Assembly: GCA_038087875.1 (NCBI GenBank)
Contig: JAXLNO010005863.1
Span: 434,001-498,000 of the forward strand
From: Malacoraja senta
Lineage: Eukaryota
Reading direction: 5' to 3'
Length of the DNA: 64,000 nucleotides
Part shown: positions 1-14,908 of the stretch, in pieces
Layout: every line of letters starts with the position of its first letter
Numbering within the stretch: the stretch's first letter is position 1
Notes under the pieces: generated by a model
Seen by the model: only the letters and a program-made list of their open reading frames with translations
Told to the model about the DNA's origin: nothing
Database searches by the model: none
Position numbers and translations under genes: made by a program

Positions 1-402
1 ACTGGATATGAGTAGTTTCGTCACCCACATGTGCATGAAAAGCTGTAACCTGCCAGGCTTCGGACCTTGTTCTAGAAAAGTAGTTTTGCTTGAATTGTGA
101 ATAATCTCTGATTATCCTCTAACCTGATGTTTTAGTTGTTAGTTACAGAGTCTGATATTTTAATAAAATCAATTGTTACCAGTAGAAATGTAATGTAGAT
201 CAATTTGGATTTAGATGGATTTGCTAAATTACAGGTTCCATACTATTCAGAAGATGACATTTGAAGCTAAAATTGATGAAGCTACGTTAATTGCGATGGG
301 CTAGGTTGGATAAGTAGATTATTTGTATGACTTTCTTGGACTGTCCTTTGTATGCATTTTATATTGACACAGTGACTTAATGAATGGTATTAACATTTGC
401 AG

Positions 403-476
403 GGAAGTCAACGTCAACATGCCCATATTAACCTGTGCCATGGCTTATATAATCGTAGAGCCGTCACCTCAACCAA
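403..476 (+). CDS. NXPE3: NXPE3-like gene, internal 74-nt coding exon (EVNVNMPILTCAMAYIIVEPSPQP)
   Basis: Acceptor tttgcAG at 401-402 and donor GTAAGA at 477. Its phase-1 end joins the 4187 exon in frame. The peptide resembles the VNIKMP...VTV segment that precedes the PSGYYY exon in NXPE proteins. Not in the ORF track. Confidence 0.75.
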
Positions 477-1699
477 GTAAGATCATTTTCAATCATGTCT
501 AAAAAAATTATAGTCTAGTGTATTGGAGGAAATAATAATAGAATAGTGAAGCAGTTCCTCACTATAAATATGCAGACCTTACAAACAAAATATAACTTTA
601 CAGCACATGTAGGTCTTTCTTGATTTTGAAGAACATTTAAGTTATAATTTATTCAGCAAAATGTATAAGTTCCAGGGCTAGTATTGATTCAATATTATGC
701 ACCTGTCACTTCTCAACCAATACAATCCATTTATTCTTATACGAGATATGGTTTCCAATTGTATTTTTATAATTTTAATAGATGGTTGAAAATATAATCT
801 AAGATAAAACTGCATTTTTCTGGGACTGAACCCTCTTTCCTGGTGTGGACCATCAGTAGTGGAGGCAGATCATCACCCAACATACATCTAGTCAGTGCAG
901 CTCTTCTATTGAGTTCACCGAGCCAGATCTCAACAGCAACTGTACCAATAAATGTAGGTGTTAACTATTTGAACAGAAAAGGTATGGGCTTGAAGTACTA
1001 TTGGTTAACCTGCTACTAATTACTTTGGTGATATGAAATTTTAAAGTAGCAATTCCGTGACCTCCTCTGGCAGTTCATTCCAGAGTGAAAAATATGCCTC
1101 TGAGATCTTTCTTACCCTATGCTCTCTAACTTTAGAATCCTCTAAGTTGGGATAAATACTGGGTGTTCACTTTATTGCTGCCTCTCATAATTTGATATAT
1201 TTTATTAAAGTAACTCCATCTGCAACATTTTACAAGGTTCTACTATTTACTGTGCAAGTCCTGCCCTGGTTGACAAACCAAAATGCAATTTATCACACTT
1301 ATCAGTTAAATTCCATTGGCCAGTCCTTAGCTCATCTCCCCAACTGATCTATTCTGTTATGTACTTCAATATTACAGTGAGGTTTGAGAGAGCATAGGTT
1401 AAGAAGGATCTTAGGCATCATTTTCACTCTGGAATGAGCTGCCAGATAAGGCTACAGAAGAAGATACAATTGCTACTTTAATAAGATAAAAATTGATAGG
1501 AACGGTTTTGACAGTTATAGGCTAAATGTGGGCAAATTTGACTAGCTCAGAATTCCAGAATGATCAACATGGACAAAGTAGTCCGAAGAATCTGTTTCCA
1601 TTCTCTATAGCTCTGTGATTCAGTAGAATATGGAGAAAATGAGCGCTGTTGTGCAAGTATTACTCACTGTCCACCATATCAGCAATTTAGGAATAAATG

Positions 1700-2160
1700 T
1701 ATTAACAATGTTAACTAACAGCAGTGGATCCACACTGACCCTGGCCATACACAACTGGTCACAGGCCGTCAATCAGAAAAACAACCTCCACAACTACCCT
1801 TTGGCCTCCAAACCAATGTTGAATCCAATGTCTAGCCTACCTTGGAATCCATATGATCTGATCTTGCAAACAAGCTTACCAATGTGTGATCTTGTTAAAG
1901 GCTTTGCTAAAGTCCATAAACAGAATATTCACTGCCCTTACCTCATCAGTCATTTGTTGACATTGAAAACAACCTGACAGATTCATGAGACACGATTTCC
2001 CACAACCAAAGCCTTGCTGACTATTCTCACCAATTCTGTCCCTTAGAATCCCTTCCAACAACTCTCCCACCACTGGCAGCTGGCTCGCTGGCCTGTAGTT
2101 CCCTGATTTGTCCTAGAGCCTTTCTCAAATAATGGTGCAACATTAGTCACCCTTCCAGCT
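1700..2160 (-). mobile_element. Degenerate CR1 LINE reverse-transcriptase fragment
   Basis: Minus-strand ORF 1876-2073 has an FMDFSKAF motif like the CR1 RT motif YLDFxKAF. Confidence 0.7.
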
Positions 2161-2334
2161 TACAGAAATTCATTTCTGGCTAATGGAGCATAACAAAGGA
2201 ACCATCCACCCAGCTGGCCTGGTGCCAGCATCATTGACACAACATTGTTCACGTACTGCTCAGATTAGTTTACTTTGTACATTCTGTCCATTCCACTCAA
2301 AAATGTATTGATAGCCAAAGGCAAAATGTTTCTC

Positions 2335-4398
<2,064 letters not shown>

Positions 4399-4728
4399 TA
4401 GTGTGATTCATCACTCTATACAGATTTGTCTGGCTAATTTACCTAACCGTTTTATATCCAAGTACAAAACTGAAATAAGGAAAAGAGTTAAATGTGAAAG
4501 TAATTGAGAAATTTCAGCAATTGTGTGAGTAGCCAGTCTTAAATGTGGTACTAAAAGAGAGCAAGTGGATCAGTTAAATGAACCAAAGTAATTGTAGACA
4601 ATCATCTTACTGAAATAATGTGGAATAGGGCGGAGATCGGTGCAGAAGTGATTTAGAAAAGTGCAATGCCAAGCATCCTGACGCAATGGTGTAGAAAGTT
4701 ATATGACCTCAGGAGCATAGTCAAGGAC

Positions 4729-5132
4729 AGATAGACAATAGACAACAGGTGCAGGAGGAGGCCATTCAGCCCTTCGAGTCAGTACCGCCATTCATATCCC
4801 CTGACTCCGCTATCTTTAAGAGCCCTATCAAGCTCTCTCTTGAAAGTATCCAGAGAACTGCCCTCTGAGGCAGAGAATTCCATAGACTCACAAGTGTTTC
4901 CTCATCTCCGTTCTAAATGCTTTACCCCTTATTGTTAAACTGTGGCCCTTGGTTGAGGACTCCCCCAACATCGGGAACATGTTTCCTGCCTCTCGCGTGT
5001 CCAAACCCTTAATAATCTTACATGTTTCAATACGATCCCCTCTCATCCATCTAAATTCCAGAGTATACACGCCAGGCTATCGCTCAATTCCCTCAGCATA
5101 TGACAGCCCCGCCATCCCAGGAATTAACCTGG
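4729..5132 (-). mobile_element. CR1 3' fragment
   Basis: (ATAGACA)n tail at 4729-4745 and minus-strand ORF YTLEFRWMRGDRIETCKII. Confidence 0.85.
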
Positions 5133-5544
5133 TGATAGTGTATCCTCATCTGTAATGTCCCACTCACCTTCTAATTCCTAATCATGTCATTCCTAATTTT
5201 TCAGTTCACATCCCACTTGATCCTCAACCTACAACTTCTTTTAATTTACAATGGTATAGATGGTTCCCCAGTACAAACCTCCTTTTTCTCTTATTGGACA
5301 GCTAAGAAGTCAAGGCTAGCCAAGGCTAGACAGCTGAGATGGATTCACACCGCCACTTGATCTTTCATTCACTGTCACCAGTTTAAATACCGTAGATGTG
5401 TGCGTTAGATGTGGTATTTGCATCTAGCAAGTCACCAGGCATACAGTATGTAGTTTGCAGCCAGACAGGGAGAAATGGTAGCCAGGAGACAGCTGACTGC
5501 AGAGGACTTTACTGAAGACAACAGTTGGGCAGCTTGTAGAAGTG

Positions 5545-6150
5545 CAGAAGAAGATAGACACAAAGTGCTGGCGTAACTCAGTGGCCAGGCAGCATCTCTG
5601 GTGAAAAGGGGTGAGTGACATTCCGAATGGGGACCCTTCTTCAGACTGAGAGTAGGGGTAGGTGTTATGAAGACGTGGAGCCAAGAAAAGACCAGGACCG
5701 ATCAGGGCTGGCCACAAATGACCCTCAGACAGGGAGGTACCCTGGTAGGCCCATTGTTGGCTAGGGAAGATGTGATCTCAAGAGGGAAGCAATGTGGAAA
5801 CTGGGGAACTGGTTAAATGACTAGGTTGAGGAAGCAGGTGAGAGGGGAGTGGAGCGAAGTATAAGTATAAGTTACTTAAAATTAGCGAATCATCAATCAT
5901 ACCACTGGGATGTAAGCTACCCAAGTGAAATATGAGGTGCTGTTCCTCCAATTTGCGAGTGGCCTCACTCTGGCAATGGAGGGGGCCCAGGACGGAATGG
6001 TCAGTGTGGGAATGGGAGGGGTGTTGAAATGGTTGGCAATCAGGATATCCTGTCGGTCTCAGTGGACCGAGCGTAAGTATTCAGCAAAATAAGTCTACGT
6101 TTCGTCAAGTATAACAAGTATGTTAAGTCGCCAAGTCTACGTTTGCTTTC
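5545..6150 (-). mobile_element. Penelope-like element 3' fragment (GIY-YIG C-terminus and terminal repeat)
   Basis: Same sequence family as the intact GIY-YIG element at 42357-43402. Confidence 0.75.
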
Positions 6151-7063
6151 ACTGATGTACATTGGAGCCCACATTGGGAACACCAGATGTAGGAGGTGGG
6201 GTTAGAACAAGTACATGTGAACCTCCGTCTCAGATGAAAGGACTGTCGGGGTCCCTCGACAAAGCCAAGGTTGGAGATGCAAGGACATTTGAGGAGATAT
6301 ATATCGGCTATAGGCAGTTGAGATCAAGCAAATCCCTCAGTGAGTATAAGAAGCGCAGGAGTATACGGAAATCAATCAGAAAGGCAAAAAGAGGACATGA
6401 TCCGGCGGTCAAGATAAAGGCAAATCCAAGACATTCTACAGGTGTATTAAGAGGAAAATGGAGGCTAGAGAGGGAATAGGTCCCCTTAGGTATTAGCATA
6501 GCCAACTTTGTGCAGTGCCACAAGAGTTGAGGTAGGTATTAAATGAAAATGTCTAATCAGTTTTTTTTACTGAGGAGAAGGTCGTGGAAGCTAAGGAATT
6601 GGGACATAGATGTTGATGTCTTGGACCATATATGATTTATCAAAGAGAAGGTATTGATGGTTTAAAGCACTTAAAGTTGGATACTTCCCAATAGCCTGAC
6701 CAAGTACATCCTCTATGGAGCCTAGGTGGAATATAGATGCCTCTGGTACAATGGCAGTGTTAGATGGGGAGCATAAAGATGGTTGCATCACTTTTTAGTT
6801 TGGTACTTCAAACGCTCAAGAACGAAGGAGGATGCAGTAAGTGGTGGACATTGTTTAGTCCATTACAGATACTGTCTTCCCCACCACCCCCACTGTGAAA
6901 ATTCTCTCCCTTTGTTCAACCTTTACCTTGGGTGGCAGGTAAATTGACAGCTCCCTTTGGTGTGATGTTGTTTGGATTGAAGTGCCCATCCCAGTTTCTT
7001 CAATATTAACATTACCAATATTGTGACTTATCAATTTAAGTGTTTAGGTATTTTTCTGTTTAG

Positions 7064-7605
7064 GTATTAGAAGGTTGGACCTTGGTAATCCAATAATGGA
7101 TGGCCCTCTGTGTGCCTTCGACATCATGCTGGAATATTTTCCTCATGGCCCGCCAATCCAATACTGCTTCATTTCAAGCCAGCATCTGTACTACATTTCA
7201 AATAAACTGAATGAAATTGAAGGAGGGAAAGACACAGTTATTAGTATTGGTATCTGTGCCCATTTCAGCACTTTCCCAGTGGAAGTATACATCAGAAGGC
7301 TGCAGAATATTCGAAGATCGATTCTACAGCTGCTCAGCAGGAATCCAGATACGGTGGTCGTTATAAAGACTGCGAATGTACGGGCCCTTACACAAGGTGT
7401 AATTCTTAACTACAGTGACTGGTTCTCTTTTCAACTTGATTTACTGATGAGAAGGATGTTTGCCGGCATCAACGTAGCATTTGTGGATGCATGGGAAATG
7501 ACCATAGCCCACTACCTGCCCCATAACCTACACCCTCAGCAAATCATAATAAAGAATGAAATAGATGTGTTTCTTTCACACGTGTGCCCTTCCAAAATGA
7601 GGTAA
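7064..7605 (+). CDS. NXPE3: NXPE3-like gene, last coding exon (HGPPI...HFSTFPVEVYIRRL...DAWEMTIAHYLPHNLHP...VCP)
   Basis: Acceptor ttttctgtttAG (7062-7063), in frame with ORF 7075-7605, stop TAA at 7603-7605. The C-terminal NXPE motifs, including the LHP histidine motif, are intact. Confidence 0.95.
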
Positions 7606-7864
7606 CGACATCTGCTTACCATGCATCACCACAATTACATTGCAAATCATAGATCTATCTGTCTAAAACTGAATGTAATTTTAAATATTTTGAAAATTTT
7701 GATTTCTAGGTTTTGAATTCATCTTTGTCACTATCGTTTGAATTGATTCTGTTATTTTAATTAGTTATAATTCTTACCTATTACCTAACATTAATAATGT
7801 TAGCTTTGATATTAAATCTTTGTTTGTGTGGAAGAAATTAATTTGGAGGGAAATTAAAGGAAAA

Positions 7865-8435
7865 CTAGACTAAGTGGGACCAGTTGGGTCCCAGTCACAC
7901 GGGAGCCTGGTCCCCCAACGCAAACCATTCCCCAACATGGGACGGGGGTATGTGGGGGGTGCAGGGGACGGGAGGTTTTGGGGAGGGGTGTGTGTGTGGG
8001 GGAGTGGATGTGTGTGGGTGAGGGGGGGCATGTGGGAGAGAGGAATATGGGGGAGGGGAGGGGGTGTGGGGGAGGGGGGCTTTTGGGGAGGGGTGTGTGT
8101 GGGAGGAGGGTGTTGTGGGGGAGGAGTGCGTGTGGGGGAGGGGGTGTGGGCGAGGGGGGTTTGTGGGGTAGGTGCGTTTGGGGGAGGGGGTGTGGGGGAG
8201 GGGAGGTGTGTAGGATAGGATGCGTATGTGTGGGGGGAGGGTGTGGGGGAGGGGCTGTGTATGCGATTGGCGGTGTATGGGGGGGAGAGGGGATGTGGGG
8301 GAGGGGGGGTGTATGGGGGTGTGTGTGGAGTAGGTGGGGTGTGTGGGGGGAGAGAGGGTGTGCGGGAGGGGGGGGTGGGGTGTGTGGGGCAAGAGAGCGT
8401 GTGGGGGAGGGGGCGTGTGGGGGAAGAGGGGGTAA
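7865..8435 (-). mobile_element. Putative non-autonomous Helitron-like element with G-rich internal minisatellite
   Basis: On the minus strand a 7-bp stem hairpin (7875-7893) lies 6 nt before a terminal CTAG (7865-7868) followed by T. The interior 7940-8432 is (GGGGGAGGGGGTGTG)-like repeats. No 5' end was found. Confidence 0.45.
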
Positions 8436-8437
8436 GC

Positions 8438-8501
8438 AGTCAACATGATCTAAGACCTTTCCCACCCAAGTCAACATGATCTAAGGCCTTTCCCACCCAA
8501 G
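8438..8501 (+). repeat. 31-bp tandem duplication (AGTCAACATGATCTAAGRCCTTTCCCACCCA x2)
   Basis: Units start at 8438 and 8469 with one mismatch. Confidence 0.9.
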
Positions 8502-8850
8502 CCATTCATTCTTATCCTCACTCGGGCAGAAGATACAGAAGGTTGAAAGCGCTCACCACCATTCTCAAGAACAGCTTCTTCTCCTTTGGTATCAGGAAAA
8601 ACCTTCCATAGGCTAGGGTACTGTCTAATTCCCCTCTACCTCATTGCAAACATTGAACCTTGTCTCTGGAATGGGTGCACTACAATGCTGAAAACTATAT
8701 TCTGCACTCTGGATTTTTCCCTTCACTTTACCTATTGTACTTGAGTTTGGTTTGATGGTATTGACATGTAATATTATCTGATTTAATTGGACAGCATGCA
8801 AAATAAAGCTTTGCACTGTCCCTTGGTACATGTGACAATAATGAACCTCG
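8502..8850 (+). mobile_element. Rex1/Babar-type LINE 3' end
   Basis: Degenerate SGRRYRRLKA.TT.LKNSFF coding remnant followed by the 3' UTR that recurs in this window. Confidence 0.65.
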
Positions 8851-10439
8851 CCTGACCTGATGGCATACTTTGCAATTCTGTAATTTTACAGCATGTGAAG
8901 GAACATGGATGATGGCCATTTAGTGACAGTCAAGGTCTTGGTCACTGGGTAGTGTTGAATGTTGTTCCTACTGTGGTGTACTGCTCAATGACTGCACTCT
9001 ACCCCAGTGCCATAAAGATTTTCTCCAGGCATCTGAGCATTTCTTCTGCAGTTCCTCAAAATGACACACGTCTCATTGAAATCACCTTTTAATGTGTAAT
9101 CTCCAGTCATACATACCCAGTCGTAACCCTGATGAGTCTTTCATCCCATTTATTTCAGATGTAGTTTTAAATTGTAGCTCATAAGGAGCGGGACGGCATG
9201 ATGCCAATCAATAAACATTTAACAGGGTGGTTCTCAAAGTGGCAGCTGCATCCCTGGCAGGCAGGATACAAGTGGGAGTAAAAGAGGAGGGGGAGTTGTT
9301 TTATTGATTGAGAAGAAAATCAAGGCAGTTGTCCAAAGCGACATTACCGTGAGGCTTTCTGGGTGGACCTGAGAAATAAGAAGGGAATGATCACCTTGCT
9401 GAGAATTGTACTTTTGACACCCGAATAGTCAACAGGAATTAGAGCGATAAATGTGCAGGAGAGATGGCATGGTTAGTATGTTTGCAGATGACACTATAGC
9501 AGGTGGTCTTAGAGTACTTGAAAGAAATCCATATGGTTGTGTGGAGTATGTCCAAACTCTAACCAGAGATGAGGTGTGGATTGCTGGAACAGTGAGACAA
9601 CTGCATTATCTTGGTAGTTGGCAGCTATTCCACCAGCTGGCTAGCTTGGTGAGTTGGAGATACATGGGAACTTTCGGTTTGTACGCGCAACATGTGCAGA
9701 TGTTCTTGGAAACAAAAATTACACTGGGATCCTGGGAGAAGACGCAAGCTAGAGCTATATGGCCAAATGTGATCAGTGAAAATCAAGACTATCACAATCA
9801 GTAAGACTGGAGATGTGTATCGTGCTGGTGAGTCTATTAATACCACATACTAAGGGCAAGGCCTTTTAATAATCTTGCAAAACCTTTGAAGTGAGATTTA
9901 ATTCAATACCCTCAGAGATTTTCATGAGTTTCACATCTGACATTCACTACCAGAACTTAAAGAAATGGTTAGTGACTCGAAGGTCATGCTGAAAACTCTG
10001 GTTAAAGGGTGCAACTTCAAGTTGTTTTCTTTTCATTGGGCGCTGAGGAATCAGTTAAGGTTTCGTTTTTTAGAGTTTAGAGATACAGTGTGGAAACAGG
10101 CCCTTCAGCCCACTTAGTCCGCACCTTGCTCCAATACAAGAATGTTTTAAAAGCAATTATGCTGAGAAGAGAAGTTCATTGTTAACAGAATAGATTCATA
10201 GCATGGACTTGACAACCTCTTTACCAAATATTTACGCCTCCAAGGCTTAATGGATCTCCCAGTTGCTCTACATTTCAACTCTCTTTCCCATTCCCACACT
10301 GAACTTTCTTTCCAGGCCTCTTCCACTTCCAGAGTGAGGCCACATGCAAACTGGAGAAACAACACCTCATATTCCGCCTGGGCAGGTCGAAAACCAAAGG
10401 TATGAATATTAAATTCACCAATTTGAGGTAACTCTCCCA

Positions 10440-10760
10440 GTTTAGATGGGTTTACAGTAGAATTTTTAAAGTACTTTTCAAATTTATTGTCTCCATGGCA
10501 ATGCAAGGTATTTTAAGAAGCCTTTTTAAGGAACAGATTACCACAATCTTTTTATGAAGCTTCTATTTCTTTAATTCTTAAAAAAAAGATAAAGACCCTA
10601 CTGAAGTGACATCATATAGACCTATATCAATGTTAAATGTAGATTTCAAAATTCTTTCCAAAATATTAGCTATGAGATTGGAAAAGATTTTACCGCAAAT
10701 TATCTCTGAAGATCAGGCAGGTTTTATTAAAAATCGTTACTCATACTTTAACGTTAGGAG
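10440..10760 (+). mobile_element. L1-clade LINE ORF2 (RT) fragment ending at the DIRS left end
   Basis: Translates DGFTVEF...LPQSFYEASISLI.K..KDPTEVTSYRPISMLNVDFKILSKILAMRLEKILPQIISEDQAGFIKNRYSYFNVRR. Confidence 0.88.
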
Positions 10761-10956
10761 ATTTTACTTCGGAGTCACGTGAGTGACTACGTGGAGAAGA
10801 CCCATCAGGGCGCATGCGCATCATTATGTCTGACGCATTGGCGCCCGGCAGCAGGAGGACGGAGCTCCTCCTGCAGGTGAGTAGTTACAGCTCGGGGAGA
10901 CTTTGGAGGAGTTAGAAAAAAAGTAGAGAACTTGTTGCTGTATTTTTTCCCCCACA

Positions 10957-12261
10957 ATGCAGGAACAAGGAAAATCAACAAGGTGCAGGTGTGCTACGGA
11001 CAAGGGGAGAGAGAGCTGCGGGAGCGCAGTCTCTGAAAGGCAGCCTGTCACCTCTGGGGAGTTGCAAGCCGGTAGCGGTGCGGCGACAGACTTGGCAAAG
11101 TGCCCAGCCGGGTACACAGCCAACGCCAGTCGGGCGGTAGGCATAAGCCAAGTCTATCAGGGCCATTGATTCCGCAGAGTCGGGCCAGGAGAGTCCCGTC
11201 GGGGACAGGATACCGTGCCCCAGCGGTTATCCAAAAGGAGCAGCGCATACAGGGGCTGCTCCACAAAGCCACACTCCAGGAGGAGTTGTGCAGGCGGGAG
11301 GCCATGGGGAAGGCTCCGCCGGCAGTGCCTAATAGAGGCCTGCTTCACAAAGCCACACTCCAGGAGGAGTTGTGAGGGCGGGAGGCCGTGGGGAAGGCTC
11401 CGCCGGCAGTGCCTAGTAGAGGCCTGCTTGAAAGCACCCTCTTTGCAAGAGGTGAGTGCAGAAGGGCAGATATGCTCTGACCCTGAGTCCATCGACGATT
11501 TCCAAATGGAGGGCAGGCAGCTGCCAGAGCTGACACCGTGTGCAGCACGGTTTGCCATGTCGTCGGACGCCGGTGAGCCTCTGGGTGAGGAACTTGCCAC
11601 CAGCATAAATTACCAAGTCTCACATCAGCTACAGGAGCTGACAATGGATGAGACAGTAAGGAAGCATGAAGCCCCAATCAACTGTGGCCTGTTAAAATTT
11701 CCTGTTGGGATCAGGAAGAATTGGGGCAAGATGGGTATACTAATGAGAGCCCAGGAGGATGTGAAGCTCCAGCATATTTTTAAAGTTGCTGGCATCTGGT
11801 ATAACGAGCTTTGCCAGGATGGTGGATGGAGAGGCCATGACAAATTACAACAAAAGGCGCTATTGTGGAGTGCCCACTTTGAGATCAACTGCCTCCGCAA
11901 GACTGCGATTAGACCAACCATCAATCCTAAATATGCTTCACTCTGCCAGCCTGGCACAGGGCAACCGGCAAATCTGTTTGGCGAGGATTTCGCACAGCAG
12001 GTGAAGGAGCTGGAGGAGGAGGCCAAGACGGCAGCCATATATTCACCAAAGCGGAAGTATCCCTATAAGCGAGGAGACTGGTCCGGGCAAGGGACGAGTC
12101 CAGCTACGATGCAGCGCAGTTGGCGTTCGGTTGTAGCAGCGCCAGGGAAGGTGAGATATCCAGCTCGAGGCCAGGGAAGAATGCCAGGTGGTAAGGAGGT
12201 AAGTGGGTCTGGTTCTCATGTAGACAGATCTAATGTGATACCTCAGATATGTTTATACTGA
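10957..12261 (+). pseudogene. DIRS gag-like ORF1 (frameshifted)
   Basis: Overlapping ORFs 10957-11169, 11100-11375 and 11215-12261. The C-terminal LRKTAIRPTINPKYASLC...LFGEDFAQQVKEL segment and the position before RT are typical of DIRS ORF1. Confidence 0.7.
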
Positions 12262-13400
12262 AGGTTATTGGGTTTCGAATAAAGCTTAATACAAATTCTG
12301 ATTTACCCATGCAACATGTTCCAAAAAGGAGTTTGACCAGTATCACTGAACAATTGGAAGTTCAGGTGGAACTTGCAAGCTTATGTAATAATGGTGTAAT
12401 TGCTAAGGCAGTTTACCAAAGCCATCAGTTTGTGTCCAATATCTTTCCCAAACCAAAAAAGGATAGGGGCTGCAGAATTATACAGGACCTGAATAGGCTT
12501 AACCCTTTTGTACGGTATAGACATTTTAAGATGGAAATGTTTGTGGAGATCTTAAAGATGCGGATTCAGTGTCTGTTCATTTGCAGGATAAAAGATTTAA
12601 AATTCAGCTGGATGGGGCAATTATGGCAATACAAGACACTGCCTAATGGTTTGTCTTCAGCTCCTAGAGTGATTACAAAGTTGTTAAAACCTATTCTAGG
12701 CATGATGAGAAGTCAAGGGCATGTGCTCATGGCTCAACTAGATAATATCTTGATTGTAGGACAATCAAAGGAAACAGCTGAAGCATCATTGGCAGTTGGT
12801 AAAAAACACTTTAAAAAAAATTGGGCTTCATAAGCAATCCAGAGAAATCTAAATTAATACCTGTGACACAAATTGACTAGTTGGATTCACAATAGACTTA
12901 ATCAACATGATTGTGACCTTGCCCAGGCAAAAAGGGTAGAGCTAATTAAGAGCTGTATCAAGTTAATTGCTGACACACAGCCTTCAATTAGCCACATGAC
13001 CAGTCTGCTGGGGAAATTGCTGCAGCATTTCCAGCAGTTCAATAGTGGCCACTTTATTATCTACAATTACAAAGGTCAAAGGAACAAGCACTGACGATAC
13101 ATTGGGGTCATTATAATAGACCTATGCTTCTTTCAATAGAGGCTGTTGCTGATGTACAACGGTGGATTCAGCATGTGTCCACTAGTAGTTCCAAAGTGTT
13201 ATTGGACCAAGCTTCCATGATTTTGCAGACAGATGTCAGAGCACTTGGGTAGGGTGCTACTGATACAAGTTCCAGCTGTGGAGACAGATGGACATTGCTT
13301 CTGCAAACATGGGGAATTAACCAAGAGTATTTTATGGACTCAAGGCTTATGGTACTAACAAAACTAGTTTGCATGTGCAGTGCAAAATAGACAACACTAC
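12240..13400 (+). pseudogene. DIRS reverse transcriptase / RNase H (disrupted)
   Basis: FPKPKKDRGCRIIQDLNRLN, LPNGLSSAPRVITK, QLDN in place of YLDD, and RNase H HVQCKIDNTT. Deletions and frameshifts are present. Confidence 0.88.
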
Positions 13401-13401
13401 A

Positions 13402-14537
13402 ATTTTTCAATTTCAATTTCAAAGCACTTTATTCGTCCCCGAGGGGCAATTTAAAAGGGCGCATTACAGTAGCTTTTTAAAAGGGGACACAATCAACAAA
13501 CATAAGCAGCACGCATACTGCACAATCAACCAGCACACGCATTTCACAGACACACTGCACAATCACACAACACACATCGCACATCAACATTCAACACATA
13601 GTAATAGTTTTTAAAATGCTTCCTACGTGCTTCAATTAAAAAGTGCATATAGAAAGTTATTTCATTTCATATGTTCATGAGTCAGTGATCAGCATTAAAA
13701 AGCTGGACAGCCCTGGGGATGAAGGTTGCCTTCCTCCTCTGTGTCCGGCAACCCGGACAGCGGAGTCTGCGTCCTGAGGGGAGCCACTCAAACTGAGGAA
13801 ACAGGATGTGAGAGGGGTCCTGAAGAATCCTGCGTGTTAAATTTACAGACTGTTGATCGCATAGGGCAGTGAGAGTTCGGACAGGCTGCTCAATGATTTT
13901 TGAGCAGACCTTGACCACATTCAATAGGCTGTTTCTGTTTTGCAGGGTGATGGAGTGGAACCAGCTAGTGAAAGAGAAGGTTATTACATTTTCAATGAAT
14001 GCGTAGTAGAATGTGGTGAGAATGTCTTTGTTAATCCCAAATGACCAGCTTCCTGAGTAGGTACTGCTCTGATGGCACTTTTTAAGGATTTCCTCTATGT
14101 TAGAGGAAAACCTTAGCAGGTTGTCGAAGGCTGTTCCCAGGTATTTGTATACCTCCACTATCTCCACTGGCTCCTGCTGGATGATAGTGGTGGCTGCCTC
14201 AGCCATCTGTCTCTGTTGGGGGGGAAAAGTCACAATCATGTCCTTGGTTTTGCTTATATTTAGCTCAAGACAAGACTTTTCACACCATACTATAAAGTCC
14301 TGCAGGGCTGAGCTGTGATATTGTGTGTGGCTGGGAAGAAGAGACAGGAGAACTGTGTCATCAGCAAATTTTACAAAGTGGCAGTTTGGCTGGGTGGATC
14401 TGCAGTCATCAGTGTAGAGAATGAAGAGAAGTGGGGAAAGGACACAGCCTTGTGGAGAGCCAGTGAAGGTGAAGAGGGTGTCGGACAAGGTGTGGTTCAC
14501 CAACACCCTCTGTGATCTGTTGGTGAGGAAGTCTATG
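13402..14537 (-). mobile_element. 5'-truncated Rex1/Babar-type LINE nested in the DIRS RNase H
   Basis: ORF 13682-14506 with GSPQGCVLSPLLF, KFADDT, YKYLG and LPSGRRLR motifs. (TTGAAA)n tail at 13402-13421. Confidence 0.9.
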
Positions 14538-14908
14538 AATCACATGGGTGGAATCAAATCGTTATCATGTGACAGGTTGGCAAATAGAATTGGACCTGGA
14601 GTATGGATAGAGATATTTGGATTGGAGCTATCTATCTGCCAGGGAAACTTAATGTAGTACCAGATGGCAGGTCACGAAAATTCTGTGATAATACAGAGTG
14701 GATGTTGAACCAGGATGTGTTCAAGAACATAGTACTTCTATATGGAAGGCCAAAATATGTTTCATGGGCACCAGATCCAGGGGCAGTGGCAATTGATGCT
14801 TTTTCATTAAATTGGGATGATATGTTTGTGTACATTTTCCCACCATTCTGCCTCATAGGTCGGTGTTTGAGAAAATCAAGCAGGATGCCGCTTCAGGGGT
14901 TTTGGTGA
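14538..14908 (+). pseudogene. DIRS RNase H end and Dam-like methyltransferase (MT) domain remnant
   Basis: NHMGGIKS...W.PDPGAVAIDAFSLNW...YIFPPF is typical of the DIRS MT region. Confidence 0.75.

Noticed and set aside
7854-8479. Six long Pro/His- or Gly-rich ORFs
   Set aside because: Artefacts of a stop-poor G-rich tandem repeat that is open in all frames.
9000-9130. Short Cys-containing minus-strand frame as a relic exon
   Set aside because: No recognisable family motif and poor splice signals.
9126-9160. CTGATGAG as a hammerhead core
   Set aside because: No stem II or downstream GAAA follows.
11215-12261. 348-aa ORF as a novel host gene
   Set aside because: It lies inside the DIRS ITRs before RT and is a frameshifted gag-like ORF.
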